This document shows, piece after piece, positions 38,790 through 47,849 of a stretch of 64,000 nucleotides of DNA. The stretch lies in sequence record DRR723986_9380. The stretch is one strand, 5' to 3'. Made by a program: the position numbers and the translations under genes. The notes under the pieces are model-generated. The model made no database searches. It was not told where the DNA came from and saw only the letters and a list, made by a program, of their open reading frames with translations. Within the stretch, counting starts at the first letter, position 1, and every line of letters starts with the position of its first letter.

Positions 38790-39033
38790 AATCAAAAATT
38801 TTACGTTTCACGCCTAACTAATAAAAAATAGTCAGTTTTGTGTTAATAATGTTAGAAATTTTTAGATTTTAACAAATTTTAGCTAGCAGTGAATTTTACT
38901 AAGGAAATGTTAAATATTCACTTTATTTTATTAGGCAAAAACTTACAGAATTTGTTCATAAGTTTCACCATTTCAAATTTTTAATTACATTTGTAAAACC
39001 AAATCAATGCTATTAACAACAAAACGGACTAAT

Positions 39034-39219
39034 ATGATATTAACAATTACTCTGATTTTATCTTTTTTAGTTGCGGTAAATTTTATGCTTTTGATCTTTA
39101 GTTGTAATAAAACAACTAAGAAAGTTCAGAGCAAAAAGCCACGTGTAATTAGAAATGATAGGCCTACATTAGTTTCCAATCAATTACAGACTCACCGGCT
39201 TGCTGCAACAGGTAGTTAG
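39034..39219 (+). CDS. Small membrane-anchored protein (61 aa)
   Basis: TACATTTG promoter at 38986-38993; ATG 39034; hydrophobic N-terminus ending LLIFSC; the 3' end overlaps ung antisense. Confidence 0.65.
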   Translation: MILTITLILSFLVAVNFMLLIFSCNKTTKKVQSKKPRVIRNDRPTLVSNQLQTHRLAATGS

Positions 39220-39838
39220 TATTACTAAAATGTTTATTGCCAAACCAATAACCTCTATTAGCACTTAATGGAGATGGATGGCCTGTTTCTAATACGTAAT
39301 GCTTTGAAGTATCAATAAACTTTTTCTTTTTCTTTGCGTAACCTCCCCAAAGTAAAAACACCACATTTTTTAGTTTATCATTTATAAGCTTAATAACAGC
39401 ATTCGTAAAGGTTTCCCAGCCTTTACCTTGATGGCTACCTGCCATATGTGCTCTTACTGTTAATGTTGCATTTAAAAGTAATACTCCTTGATCTGCCCAA
39501 GGCATAAGGTTACCACTTATGGGATAAGATATTCCAAGATCTTCCTGTAATTCTTTAAAAATATTTTTAAGTGACGGTGGATGTGCTATACCATCATGTA
39601 CAGAAAAACAAAGACCATTGGCTTGGTTGACACCATGATAAGGATCTTGCCCTAAAATAACGACTTTTAAGTCGTTAAAATCACAGTGATTAAATGCATT
39701 AAAGATATCAATCCCTTTTGGATAGCATGTATGTTGAGAATACTCTGATTTTACAAATTTTATTAATTCATTGAAGTAAGGCTTTTCAAATTCACTTTGT
39801 AAATGAGGTTTCCAACTTGGGTGAATATCAACAATCAT
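39164..39838 (-). CDS. ung: Uracil-DNA glycosylase (family 1)
   Basis: GQDPYH, GLCFS, PPSL, GVLLLN and HPSPLS. Confidence 0.97.
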   Translation of the reverse strand: MIVDIHPSWKPHLQSEFEKPYFNELIKFVKSEYSQHTCYPKGIDIFNAFNHCDFNDLKVVILGQDPYHGVNQANGLCFSVHDGIAHPPSLKNIFKELQEDLGISYPISGNLMPWADQGVLLLNATLTVRAHMAGSHQGKGWETFTNAVIKLINDKLKNVVFLLWGGYAKKKKKFIDTSKHYVLETGHPSPLSANRGYWFGNKHFSNTNYLLQQAGESVIDWKLM

Positions 39839-39944
39839 CTTTAATATTTTAATTCAAAAATAAACAATAGCATGTTAACATAAGCATAAGATATATTCGC
39901 TGTAAATACGTTAAATTTGCGTTTCTTAAATTTAGATTATTAAC

Positions 39945-42110
39945 ATGATAAGAATTCATGAAAAAACCTTAAAAGATCTCGAGTTTTTTACGGTTTTAGA
40001 ACAAATATCTGTACATTCTATAACATCTTTAGGTAAAGATGCGGTTGTTTCTATTTTACCTTTTGAAGAAGGTGAAAAGGTGATTCAAGAACTTAGTTAT
40101 GTTAATGAATACTTATCCTCATTTGATAATGACAATCGTATTCCTAATCATGGATTTGAAACTATTTCTAAAGAAATAAAACTCCTTCGAATAGAAAACA
40201 CCTATTTAGAAGTACCTAGTTTACAGAAAATTGTGAGTATTTCAATTACAGCAAATACCATAGTACAATTTCTTGAAAAATTTAAAGAATACTATCCAAA
40301 GCTGTTTGCTTTCAGTCAAAGAATTGAAATTACCAAATCTATTATTGACCAAGTAGATAATGTGGTAGATCGTTTTGGTGATATTAAGGATGATGCTTCA
40401 CCTCTATTATCTGAACTACGTAAATCAATAAATAAATTAAAAGGAAAAATTAATAGTAGTTTTTCTTCAGCCTTAAATACCTATCATGGCTTAGATTATC
40501 TAGATGATATTAGAGAGTCTGTGGTAGAAAACAAGCGTGTTCTTGCAGTAAAAGCGATGTATAGACGAAAGGTTAAGGGTGCAATAATGGGTGGTAGTAA
40601 AACAGGGAGTATAGTTTACATTGAACCAGAAACTACACTTCAGTACTCTAGGGAGCTTAATAACTTAGAGTACGAAGAAAAAGAAGAGGTTTTTAAAATA
40701 CTTAAAGAAGTAACAGATTATATACGCTTATTTCTTCCACTACTTATTGCATATCAAGAGTTTTTAACTAAAATAGATGTTATATCAGCAAAGGCTAAAT
40801 ATGCTCGTAGCATGAATGCCATTTTACCTGAAATTTGTGAAAAACGAGAAATGTATTTAAGAGATGCCTACCACCCACTACTCTACTTAAACAATAAAGA
40901 AAAAGGTGAGAAGACATTTCCACAAACCATAGGTTTGAGTGATGAGAATAGAATAATTGTTATTTCTGGTCCTAATGCAGGAGGTAAGAGTATTACATTA
41001 AAAACCATAGGGTTATTACAAGTAATGCTACAAAGTGGTATGCTAATACCAGTGCATGAACGTAGTAAGGCATGTTTTTTCGAACGTGTGCTTAGTGATA
41101 TTGGAGATAATCAATCTATTGAAAACCATTTAAGCACTTATAGTTATCGATTAAAACAAATGAATTATTTCTTGCTAAAGTGTAATTCTAAGACGCTCTT
41201 TTTAATAGATGAATTTGGTACAGGTAGTGACCCAGAACTTGGCGGTGCTTTAGCTGAAACCTTTTTAGAAGTTTTTTATGATAGAAAGGCATTCGGTATA
41301 ATTACTACACATTACTCTAACTTAAAATTATTAGCAAATGAATTGCCATATATGCAAAATGCTAATATGCTTTTTAATGAGAAAAGTTTAGAGCCGATGT
41401 ATAAATTGGTCACAGGACAAGCTGGTAGTTCATTTACATTTGAGGTCGCCCAAAAAAATGGTATTCCATATAGTCTTATCAATAAATCTAAAAAGAAAAT
41501 TGAACGCGGCAAAGTACGTTTTGATGCAACTATAGCAAAGCTACAGAAAGAACGAAGTAAATTAGAGCGTACAGAAAGATCTCTTAAGGTTAATGAAATA
41601 AAGAAATTAACAGAGGCTGAGAAACTTGAAGAAACAAATGCGAAAATCCAAAAAAAGCTCGAGAGTTTTCAGGAGTTATATGATAGCAATCAGCGACTAA
41701 TTTATTTAGGTCAGAAAGTTAATGATCTCGCAGAAAAATTTCAGAATAATAAAAAGAAACGCGAGTTAATGGCTGAGCTTTTTCGATTAGTACAAATTGA
41801 GAATTCTAAACGAAAAAAAATGTCAGTAAAGCAACAACGTGCTGAAAAGGCTAAAGAGAAACAAATTAAACAAGAGGCGGCTAAAAAGGTTAATGTCATT
41901 AGAAAAAAGAAGAAAGCCGCTAAAAAGAAAGAAGTTGCAGTAGAAAAGCCAAAGCCAGTTTTAAAAGTTGGTGATCGTGTGCGTATGCATGATGGAAAGG
42001 CTGTTGGTAGTATTGATAATATAGAAAAAAATAAAGCCATAGTAAACTATGGCCTTTTTACAACTAATGTTAGTGTTGATTTGTTAGAACTAGTAGAGTC
42101 TAAAAAATAA
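39945..42110 (+). CDS. mutS2: MutS2-family ATPase ending in a KOW/SH3-like domain, no Smr domain
   Basis: SGPNAGGKS, DIGDNQSIENHLSTYS, DEFGTGSDP, TTHY and GSSFTFEVA; TAAATTTG promoter at 39912-39919. Confidence 0.9.
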   Translation: MIRIHEKTLKDLEFFTVLEQISVHSITSLGKDAVVSILPFEEGEKVIQELSYVNEYLSSFDNDNRIPNHGFETISKEIKLLRIENTYLEVPSLQKIVSISITANTIVQFLEKFKEYYPKLFAFSQRIEITKSIIDQVDNVVDRFGDIKDDASPLLSELRKSINKLKGKINSSFSSALNTYHGLDYLDDIRESVVENKRVLAVKAMYRRKVKGAIMGGSKTGSIVYIEPETTLQYSRELNNLEYEEKEEVFKILKEVTDYIRLFLPLLIAYQEFLTKIDVISAKAKYARSMNAILPEICEKREMYLRDAYHPLLYLNNKEKGEKTFPQTIGLSDENRIIVISGPNAGGKSITLKTIGLLQVMLQSGMLIPVHERSKACFFERVLSDIGDNQSIENHLSTYSYRLKQMNYFLLKCNSKTLFLIDEFGTGSDPELGGALAETFLEVFYDRKAFGIITTHYSNLKLLANELPYMQNANMLFNEKSLEPMYKLVTGQAGSSFTFEVAQKNGIPYSLINKSKKKIERGKVRFDATIAKLQKERSKLERTERSLKVNEIKKLTEAEKLEETNAKIQKKLESFQELYDSNQRLIYLGQKVNDLAEKFQNNKKKRELMAELFRLVQIENSKRKKMSVKQQRAEKAKEKQIKQEAAKKVNVIRKKKKAAKKKEVAVEKPKPVLKVGDRVRMHDGKAVGSIDNIEKNKAIVNYGLFTTNVSVDLLELVESKK

Positions 42111-42212
42111 TTAGATTAAAGTCTCGTAATTGAATATGTTACTTTAACTTTTTGATTTTCTGTATCATCTAATAAAATTTGATATGTTGTTGTCGAAGTC
42201 AGACCTAACAAT

Positions 42213-42308
42213 AGTGTACTGCCTGATAGTGTGTTAAAATCTAAATATCGATTAAAGAAAAAGTTAGAATTGAACAAAGACGATGATTTAACTCAATTTT
42301 TGAACTAA
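42213..42308 (+). pseudogene. Relic C-terminus of a LuxR-type HTH regulator (SVLPDSVLKSKYRLKKKLELNKDDDLTQFLN*)
   Basis: Matches the P.SV.K..YRL.KKL.L…L..FL tail of Bacteroidota TPR/LuxR regulators; no start codon, in-frame stop upstream at 42180. Confidence 0.65.
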
Positions 42309-42336
42309 TTATAAGCCTAAGACTTATCTTTGTATT

Positions 42337-42759
42337 GTGATTGATAAAGTACCAAAAGACAAACAATTAATACTATTTGACGGTGTTTGTAACCTCTGTA
42401 ATAGTAGCGTTTTATATGTCATTAAGCGAGATCATAAAAACAAGTTTTTGTTTGCTCCCTTACAAAGTGATATTGGTAAAGCAATTATTGTAAAATTTGA
42501 TATTGATAGTTCTAAAACAGACTCAATTTTACTCTATAGACCGAATTCAGACACCTTAAAGTATAAGTCTTCGGCAGCACTACATGTGGCAAAAGAGCTT
42601 AATTTTCCTTCAAATTTGATGGCTTTATTCTTCATTGTACCAACATTTATAAGAAATTGGGTATATGATTTTGTAGCCAGAAATAGATATAAGTGGTATG
42701 GTAAAAAGGAATCTTGTATGATACCTACATCAGAACTTCAATCTAAATTTATAACATAA
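42337..42759 (+). CDS. DCC-family thiol-disulfide oxidoreductase
   Basis: LFDGVCNLCN, FAPLQS and RNWVYDFVARNRYKWYGK. Confidence 0.93.
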   Translation: MIDKVPKDKQLILFDGVCNLCNSSVLYVIKRDHKNKFLFAPLQSDIGKAIIVKFDIDSSKTDSILLYRPNSDTLKYKSSAALHVAKELNFPSNLMALFFIVPTFIRNWVYDFVARNRYKWYGKKESCMIPTSELQSKFIT

Positions 42760-42798
42760 AAAAAAAGCCTCTTAGCATGCACTCTAAAAGGCTTTTTT
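42758..42798. terminator. Bidirectional terminator, better formed on the minus strand
   Basis: Minus-strand GCCUUUUAG/CUAAGAGGC (one G-U pair) plus U9; the plus-strand version has a C-A mismatch and U6. Confidence 0.85.
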
Positions 42799-42875
42799 AA
42801 ATTAACAACTTACTTAAAACTAATTTAATCTAAACAAAAATTTAATTTCAATTCTTTCTTTGAGGGTAAACAAAA
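42758..42875 (-). ncRNA. Candidate small RNA (~115 nt)
   Basis: Minus-oriented terminator with no minus-strand ORF upstream; GGTAAC-N16-AATC ECF-like promoter at 42905-42880; U/G-rich body. Confidence 0.4.
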
Positions 42876-43132
42876 AATTGATTAATAGCACATCATTTTG
42901 TTACCTTAAAATTAGAAGATAATCTCCTTCGTCTATAAAAAATTCGATATAAGACCATTTATAGTTGTTTAAAATGGAGTACTTGCAAATATTATCCGTG
43001 AGTTACATAATTTAAACTCTGCTTACTCATTCAAATTATCACTTCACTATGTGTTGGGCAGTTTATACTCATTCTATATTTTTTTACCTATCGGTACTAT
43101 ATAGTTTTGAATCAAATTAAAATCAAGCTATT

Positions 43133-45250
43133 ATGAAAACCATTAAACTTTTACTGCTTATTTTTTGTATTCATTGTGTTAATGCACAACAGAAAAGTAA
43201 AATCACAGATGTTACGGTATACCTGGATGGAGCAGAAATAAATCGTACTGCAATTTTAAAACTAAAGTCAGGTAATTCAGAATTTACATTCAATGAATTG
43301 TCGCCATATATAGAGGAAAGTAGTATTCAGATTTCTGGATTAAAAAAAGTTTCGATTCTCTCTATAAATTATGACATAAATTATTTATCTAAACAAAAGC
43401 AGAATGACTCTATCGAAGCACTTCAGCAAGAATTAAAAAACCTCTCTACTAAAAAAGCATATCAATACAACTTAATTTCTGGTTATAATGAAGAGATTAC
43501 CCTTATACAAAGCAACAAGCGATTAGGCAATGAAACCAAAGTTGTGAGTTTACATCAATTAAAAGCTTTTGCATCCTATTACCGAGAGCGTATTACAGAA
43601 CTGAAAACGGCTATTAATGATGCCAACATAGAAATTGAAAACTATGAGGAAACCGAATCGGATATTAGAAGACAGATAAATGAGTTTAATGTTGATGAAA
43701 AGATACAAACAGGTGAAATTAAAATAAAATTGAACTCTGAAAACCCAACAGAACTAAAATTGAAGCTTTCCTATAACGTTAAAAATGCTGGTTGGTTTCC
43801 TATTTATGACCTCAAGGCTGAGAAGATAAATAGTCCAATTAATCTAGAATACAAGGCACATGTATTTCAAAATTCAGGTTGTGATTGGTCAGATGTAAAT
43901 CTAGTACTTTCAACAAGTGACCCAAATACTAATAATGAAAAACCAATAGTAAACCCTAAGTATTTAAACTTTGTAAGTTATAGCAATTATCAATCACAAC
44001 GAGCAACGCGAAGTTATAATTATAAATATAACCCATTAGTTAAAACTGTCTCTGGCGTTGTAACTACTGCTGACGATGGATTACCATTGCCAGGTGCAAG
44101 TGTTATAGAAAAAGGAACCACAAATGGCGCTCAAACAGATTTTGATGGGAGATATTCTTTAAAAACTACAAGTGGAAACACACTACAATACTCTTATGTA
44201 GGTATGGAAACCGAAGAACTGCCAATACACTCAAGTATTATGAATGTTAGTCTTAACAATGGACCGGAATTAGATGAAGTCGTTGTAGTTGGTTATGGTA
44301 CAACATCAAAATCATATTCTAACGTTTCTCAATCATTAGCAGGAGAAGCAGCAGGCGTTAACATTATAAATAATGGACAACCAGGAAGCACATCGACTAT
44401 TCGAATTAGAGGGTTTGGCACAGTTAACGGAAACAAACCACCATTATATGTTGTTGATGGTGTTCCGTATGCAGGTAATCTTCAAGATATTGATCCTAAG
44501 GATATAGAAAGCACAACTATACTTAAAGATACTGATGCAACAGCCATATATGGTTCGAGAGGTGCAAATGGTGCAGTTCTTTTAACGTTAAAAGGTGAAA
44601 CCAAAAGAAAAATCAACAACTTAGGTATCGTAGTTGAAACTGGCATAACCAATACACGTTTTGAAATTGATAAAACATACACAATTCCTTCTGATGGTGA
44701 CGTAACCGTAATTGAAATTGATAAATTCGACGTACCTGCAAACTATGAGTATTTTGCTGCACCAGTTCTTAATGAAAATGTGTTCTTAACTGCAAAAATC
44801 GGAAACTGGGAACAATATAATTTATTACCAGCTGAAGCTAATGTCTATTTTGAAGGAAGTTATTCAGGAAAAACGAATATAAATCCTGGAGCAACAACTG
44901 ATAGCCTCACAATTTCACTTGGTGTAGATCCCAATATAATTGTTAAGCGTACCCAACGCAACAACTTTAAGAAAACTACATTTATTGGTAACAACAAAAT
45001 GGTTTACAAGGCGTATGATATTGTGGTGAGAAATAATAAGCAATCAAACATTTCATTAACATTGTTAGATAGGATACCTATTACACAGAATAAATCAATA
45101 AAACTAGATGATATTGAAACAGGCTCGTCTGTATATGATAAAGACAAAGGTATTTTAAAATGGATTATTAACTTAAAACCAGGCGAAACAGAAAAAGTAC
45201 AGCACTCTTATTCTATAAAACATCCTAAAGGAAAACATGTAAATATTTAA
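43133..45250 (+). CDS. DUF4140/DUF4139 (MuiA-like) secreted protein with inserted carboxypeptidase-regulatory-like and TonB-plug domains
   Basis: ITDVTVYLDGAEI and AGWFPIYDL; insert GLPLPGASVIEKGTTNG…TDFDG…LDEVVVVGYG…IRIRG…PLYVVDG…AIYGSRGANGAVL; then LLPAEANVYFEG…SLGVD. Confidence 0.85.
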   Translation: MKTIKLLLLIFCIHCVNAQQKSKITDVTVYLDGAEINRTAILKLKSGNSEFTFNELSPYIEESSIQISGLKKVSILSINYDINYLSKQKQNDSIEALQQELKNLSTKKAYQYNLISGYNEEITLIQSNKRLGNETKVVSLHQLKAFASYYRERITELKTAINDANIEIENYEETESDIRRQINEFNVDEKIQTGEIKIKLNSENPTELKLKLSYNVKNAGWFPIYDLKAEKINSPINLEYKAHVFQNSGCDWSDVNLVLSTSDPNTNNEKPIVNPKYLNFVSYSNYQSQRATRSYNYKYNPLVKTVSGVVTTADDGLPLPGASVIEKGTTNGAQTDFDGRYSLKTTSGNTLQYSYVGMETEELPIHSSIMNVSLNNGPELDEVVVVGYGTTSKSYSNVSQSLAGEAAGVNIINNGQPGSTSTIRIRGFGTVNGNKPPLYVVDGVPYAGNLQDIDPKDIESTTILKDTDATAIYGSRGANGAVLLTLKGETKRKINNLGIVVETGITNTRFEIDKTYTIPSDGDVTVIEIDKFDVPANYEYFAAPVLNENVFLTAKIGNWEQYNLLPAEANVYFEGSYSGKTNINPGATTDSLTISLGVDPNIIVKRTQRNNFKKTTFIGNNKMVYKAYDIVVRNNKQSNISLTLLDRIPITQNKSIKLDDIETGSSVYDKDKGILKWIINLKPGETEKVQHSYSIKHPKGKHVNI

Positions 45251-45278
45251 CTCACTCAAATGCACTATTTACTTGATG

Positions 45279-45309
45279 AAAAAGCCAATACACTCAGTAT
45301 TGGTTTTTT
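45279..45309 (+). terminator. Intrinsic terminator
   Basis: GCCAATAC-actca-GTATTGGT followed by TTTTT. Confidence 0.8.
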
Positions 45310-45518
45310 AGATTCTGATTGTTGAATACTTTAGATCTAAGCTTTTTAAGTTAATGGTTTTATGCTTACAAGAAGCGAACCTCAAAGCAAAATGTCGCTA
45401 GTTTAACCCTAACTTCCGTTAGTTAGGAATGAGTTAAATTCTGTTCAAAAAAGCAAGTCTCACTTTTTGTACAGTGTCTCTTAATAAAGATAGGCGTAAA
45501 TATTTAGCTTTGAGGTTT

Positions 45519-46679
45519 TTACTTTAAGCTATTGAGAATAAAATCCAAATTAGGATTAGTATTATCATTATTGATATAAGCATCAGTAAGGAACTTTGGT
45601 TTTACTGCTAAACCTAAATCCTGTAACTTTTCTATGGTTGGTATATATTCCTGACTCACCTTTCCAGTTAATAAAATGCCAAGGTCTTTGCCTTCCTTAG
45701 CATACTTATACACATTTCTAATACCTCTTAAATATAAATGGTCTTTTGTAAATCCACCACCTCTATGTACACGTAATGTTATCGCGAAGGCTTTGTCTCT
45801 ATTTAGTTTGTGCTGACTATGCAACAAATGAAATGTATCTGAGAAATTATATCCTTTATGTAAACTATCTACAGCAATAACTCTAAATGAGAGTTCTTTA
45901 AGGCGCTCAATTGTGAGGCAGCCACTCATAAACTCAGAATAAACTGCTAAACCTTCTTGAGTCTCTACATTATTAGGAAATCCATTCGAAAAGATCTTTA
46001 AAGGCTGCTCCAATGCATTAAATGTCGTAACCATATGTACTCCAATTTCATGATTTGTAAGTACCTTAAGTTGATTTAAACTGTATTTATGACTCTTACG
46101 CAACACTAAAGTCTGCGTGTTATTCAGAACCATTGCTGCGGCCGAAAGATTATTTGAAATCTTAATATTATATTTAAAATCGTAACGTTTAGAAAACTCA
46201 TCAAAATAATCTCTAGCTTCTAAAGCGCTGTGCATTGGCAACATTTCTTCGTCAAATTCAGAATCATCAAATCTTAATATGAATTTAGCGTTCTCAATAT
46301 CTTTTTCGGTAGGTGTACCAAAACTTTTTAAGCTATTAAAATAGAATTTTCTTTCATGTCCAATGGTTTCTATACATTCTATTAAGCCAGAGTATTCATA
46401 TATTATGTCTTCATATAATTGCCTAATAGCATCATCTTCAATACGCTCTAATCGTTGCGAAAAGAACAAACGATGTAGTTTATAGCCATTAAACCTAATT
46501 TTAGGATAGTGAAACTGAGGTTCGTAATTATATTTAGACGAGTAGAATTTTTTCTTCTCTGAAGCAATATTTTGAGGGTTAACATAATTGAGTAACTCAA
46601 TATTCTTTACTAATCGATTGAGATTGCCATCGATATCGAATAAATTTTGAAACTCTTCTGTAGTCTTTATATGGGACAT
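45519..46679 (-). CDS. QEGLA-motif DUF1704/MATCAP-like zinc metallocarboxypeptidase
   Basis: HEIGVH (HExxxH), QEGLA and RVHRGGGFTKDHLYLRG…GKV. Confidence 0.9.
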   Translation of the reverse strand: MSHIKTTEEFQNLFDIDGNLNRLVKNIELLNYVNPQNIASEKKKFYSSKYNYEPQFHYPKIRFNGYKLHRLFFSQRLERIEDDAIRQLYEDIIYEYSGLIECIETIGHERKFYFNSLKSFGTPTEKDIENAKFILRFDDSEFDEEMLPMHSALEARDYFDEFSKRYDFKYNIKISNNLSAAAMVLNNTQTLVLRKSHKYSLNQLKVLTNHEIGVHMVTTFNALEQPLKIFSNGFPNNVETQEGLAVYSEFMSGCLTIERLKELSFRVIAVDSLHKGYNFSDTFHLLHSQHKLNRDKAFAITLRVHRGGGFTKDHLYLRGIRNVYKYAKEGKDLGILLTGKVSQEYIPTIEKLQDLGLAVKPKFLTDAYINNDNTNPNLDFILNSLK

Positions 46680-46682
46680 TTT

Positions 46683-47513
46683 TTAGCTTTTGAACGTTTT
46701 ATAAAAAGCGTCAGCATGTTTTGGTATTAGCACTTTTAATTGCTCTTCTACTGCTTCTACTACTTCTGGGTAATTAATCTGCTTATATTCATCGCAATAT
46801 ATTTTTGCGATTTCAGTTGCCAAAACTAAGGTATTCTTAAATGTCTTAGTAATATATTTTAAAAAATATCCGTTACCATAAAAGGTGTTATTTATAGCTG
46901 CAGTTTGTTTAATGTTATGTGGTAGTTCTATTTCGGCTAACATTTGGCGCCACTGTTCTACCATATCACCAAATCGTTCATTATCAATATTAGACGTGCC
47001 TAAATTCCAAGTTGGTACTTCCCTATCCCAACGTTTCCAATTATAACTATGCATGTCGTAAACAATACAAACACCAAATTTTTCTTCGAGTTTAGAGATT
47101 AAAGCATGTACAACCTTATAAAAATTAGTATGCTTTTCTATACTTTTAGATTTATCAGTTTCTGTCAAAGGCGTTTTCCAGAGTTGTTTTCCCCAGGCAG
47201 TCTCAAAAACAGCTTCTTCAGTTGAGCGATTTAAATCGTATTCAAATCTAGAATCACATCCTGCAATTAAAATTGGATGCGTAATTACCATACTCTTAGT
47301 TTCCGGATCTTCTTCGTACCAACGGTCGTACTCAGAATGCAAGCAATTATCCCAGAGTTCCTTTCTAAACTGATGCCCATCGTGGACAGCACCGCAAGCA
47401 TATGGCACATATTTGTCTACTTTTAGTGTAAATGAATAATCGTCTGAAACCGCATGAAACGTTTCTTCTGCCTCTATTTTTTTTATAATTGAATTAACGG
47501 AAAGTCTTTGCAT
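46683..47513 (-). CDS. N-formylglutamate amidohydrolase-family protein
   Basis: AVHDGH, EEDP, SRFEYDLNR, YDMHSYN, NLGT and LATE. Confidence 0.88.
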   Translation of the reverse strand: MQRLSVNSIIKKIEAEETFHAVSDDYSFTLKVDKYVPYACGAVHDGHQFRKELWDNCLHSEYDRWYEEDPETKSMVITHPILIAGCDSRFEYDLNRSTEEAVFETAWGKQLWKTPLTETDKSKSIEKHTNFYKVVHALISKLEEKFGVCIVYDMHSYNWKRWDREVPTWNLGTSNIDNERFGDMVEQWRQMLAEIELPHNIKQTAAINNTFYGNGYFLKYITKTFKNTLVLATEIAKIYCDEYKQINYPEVVEAVEEQLKVLIPKHADAFYKTFKS

Positions 47514-47848
47514 TACAAGGTTTTAAATAAGTGTTCTAATGACTTTAATAAGTTGCGTTCATTGATATTGAAATCGCCATCGGCAAAAAAGAGCGTCTTT
47601 ATATCGGCTAACAAAATTTCTATATCATCATGATCGTAATTATGCTGTTTAAGACTAGCCATTATCTTTTGGATGCCTTGGTAATCGTTATCATTATTAA
47701 ATTCATCGTGAATCTCTTGAAAGGTATATATATCTACTTTAGAAATAATTACATTTCGCTCTTTGTTGTTTTCTTTAAAGTCTGAATTGGCAGCATATAA
47801 CAAAATGTATGCTACAAGCTCGTCCCTTGTCCAGTCGATTGTTTTCAT
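47513..47848 (-). CDS. TerB-like small protein
   Basis: LLYAANSDF…E and LFFADGDFNINE metal-binding-like motifs; coupled by 1-nt gap and overlap. Confidence 0.7.
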   Translation of the reverse strand: MKTIDWTRDELVAYILLYAANSDFKENNKERNVIISKVDIYTFQEIHDEFNNDNDYQGIQKIMASLKQHNYDHDDIEILLADIKTLFFADGDFNINERNLLKSLEHLFKTL

Positions 47849-47849
47849 T

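Noticed and set aside
38841-38913. Repeated TGTTAA/TTAACA hexamers in many intergenic regions
   Set aside because: About as frequent as expected in DNA this AT-rich; a regulator site cannot be supported without statistics.
39199-39219. LAATG as a sortase LPxTG-like signal
   Set aside because: No TM helix or basic tail follows, and the host is a diderm.
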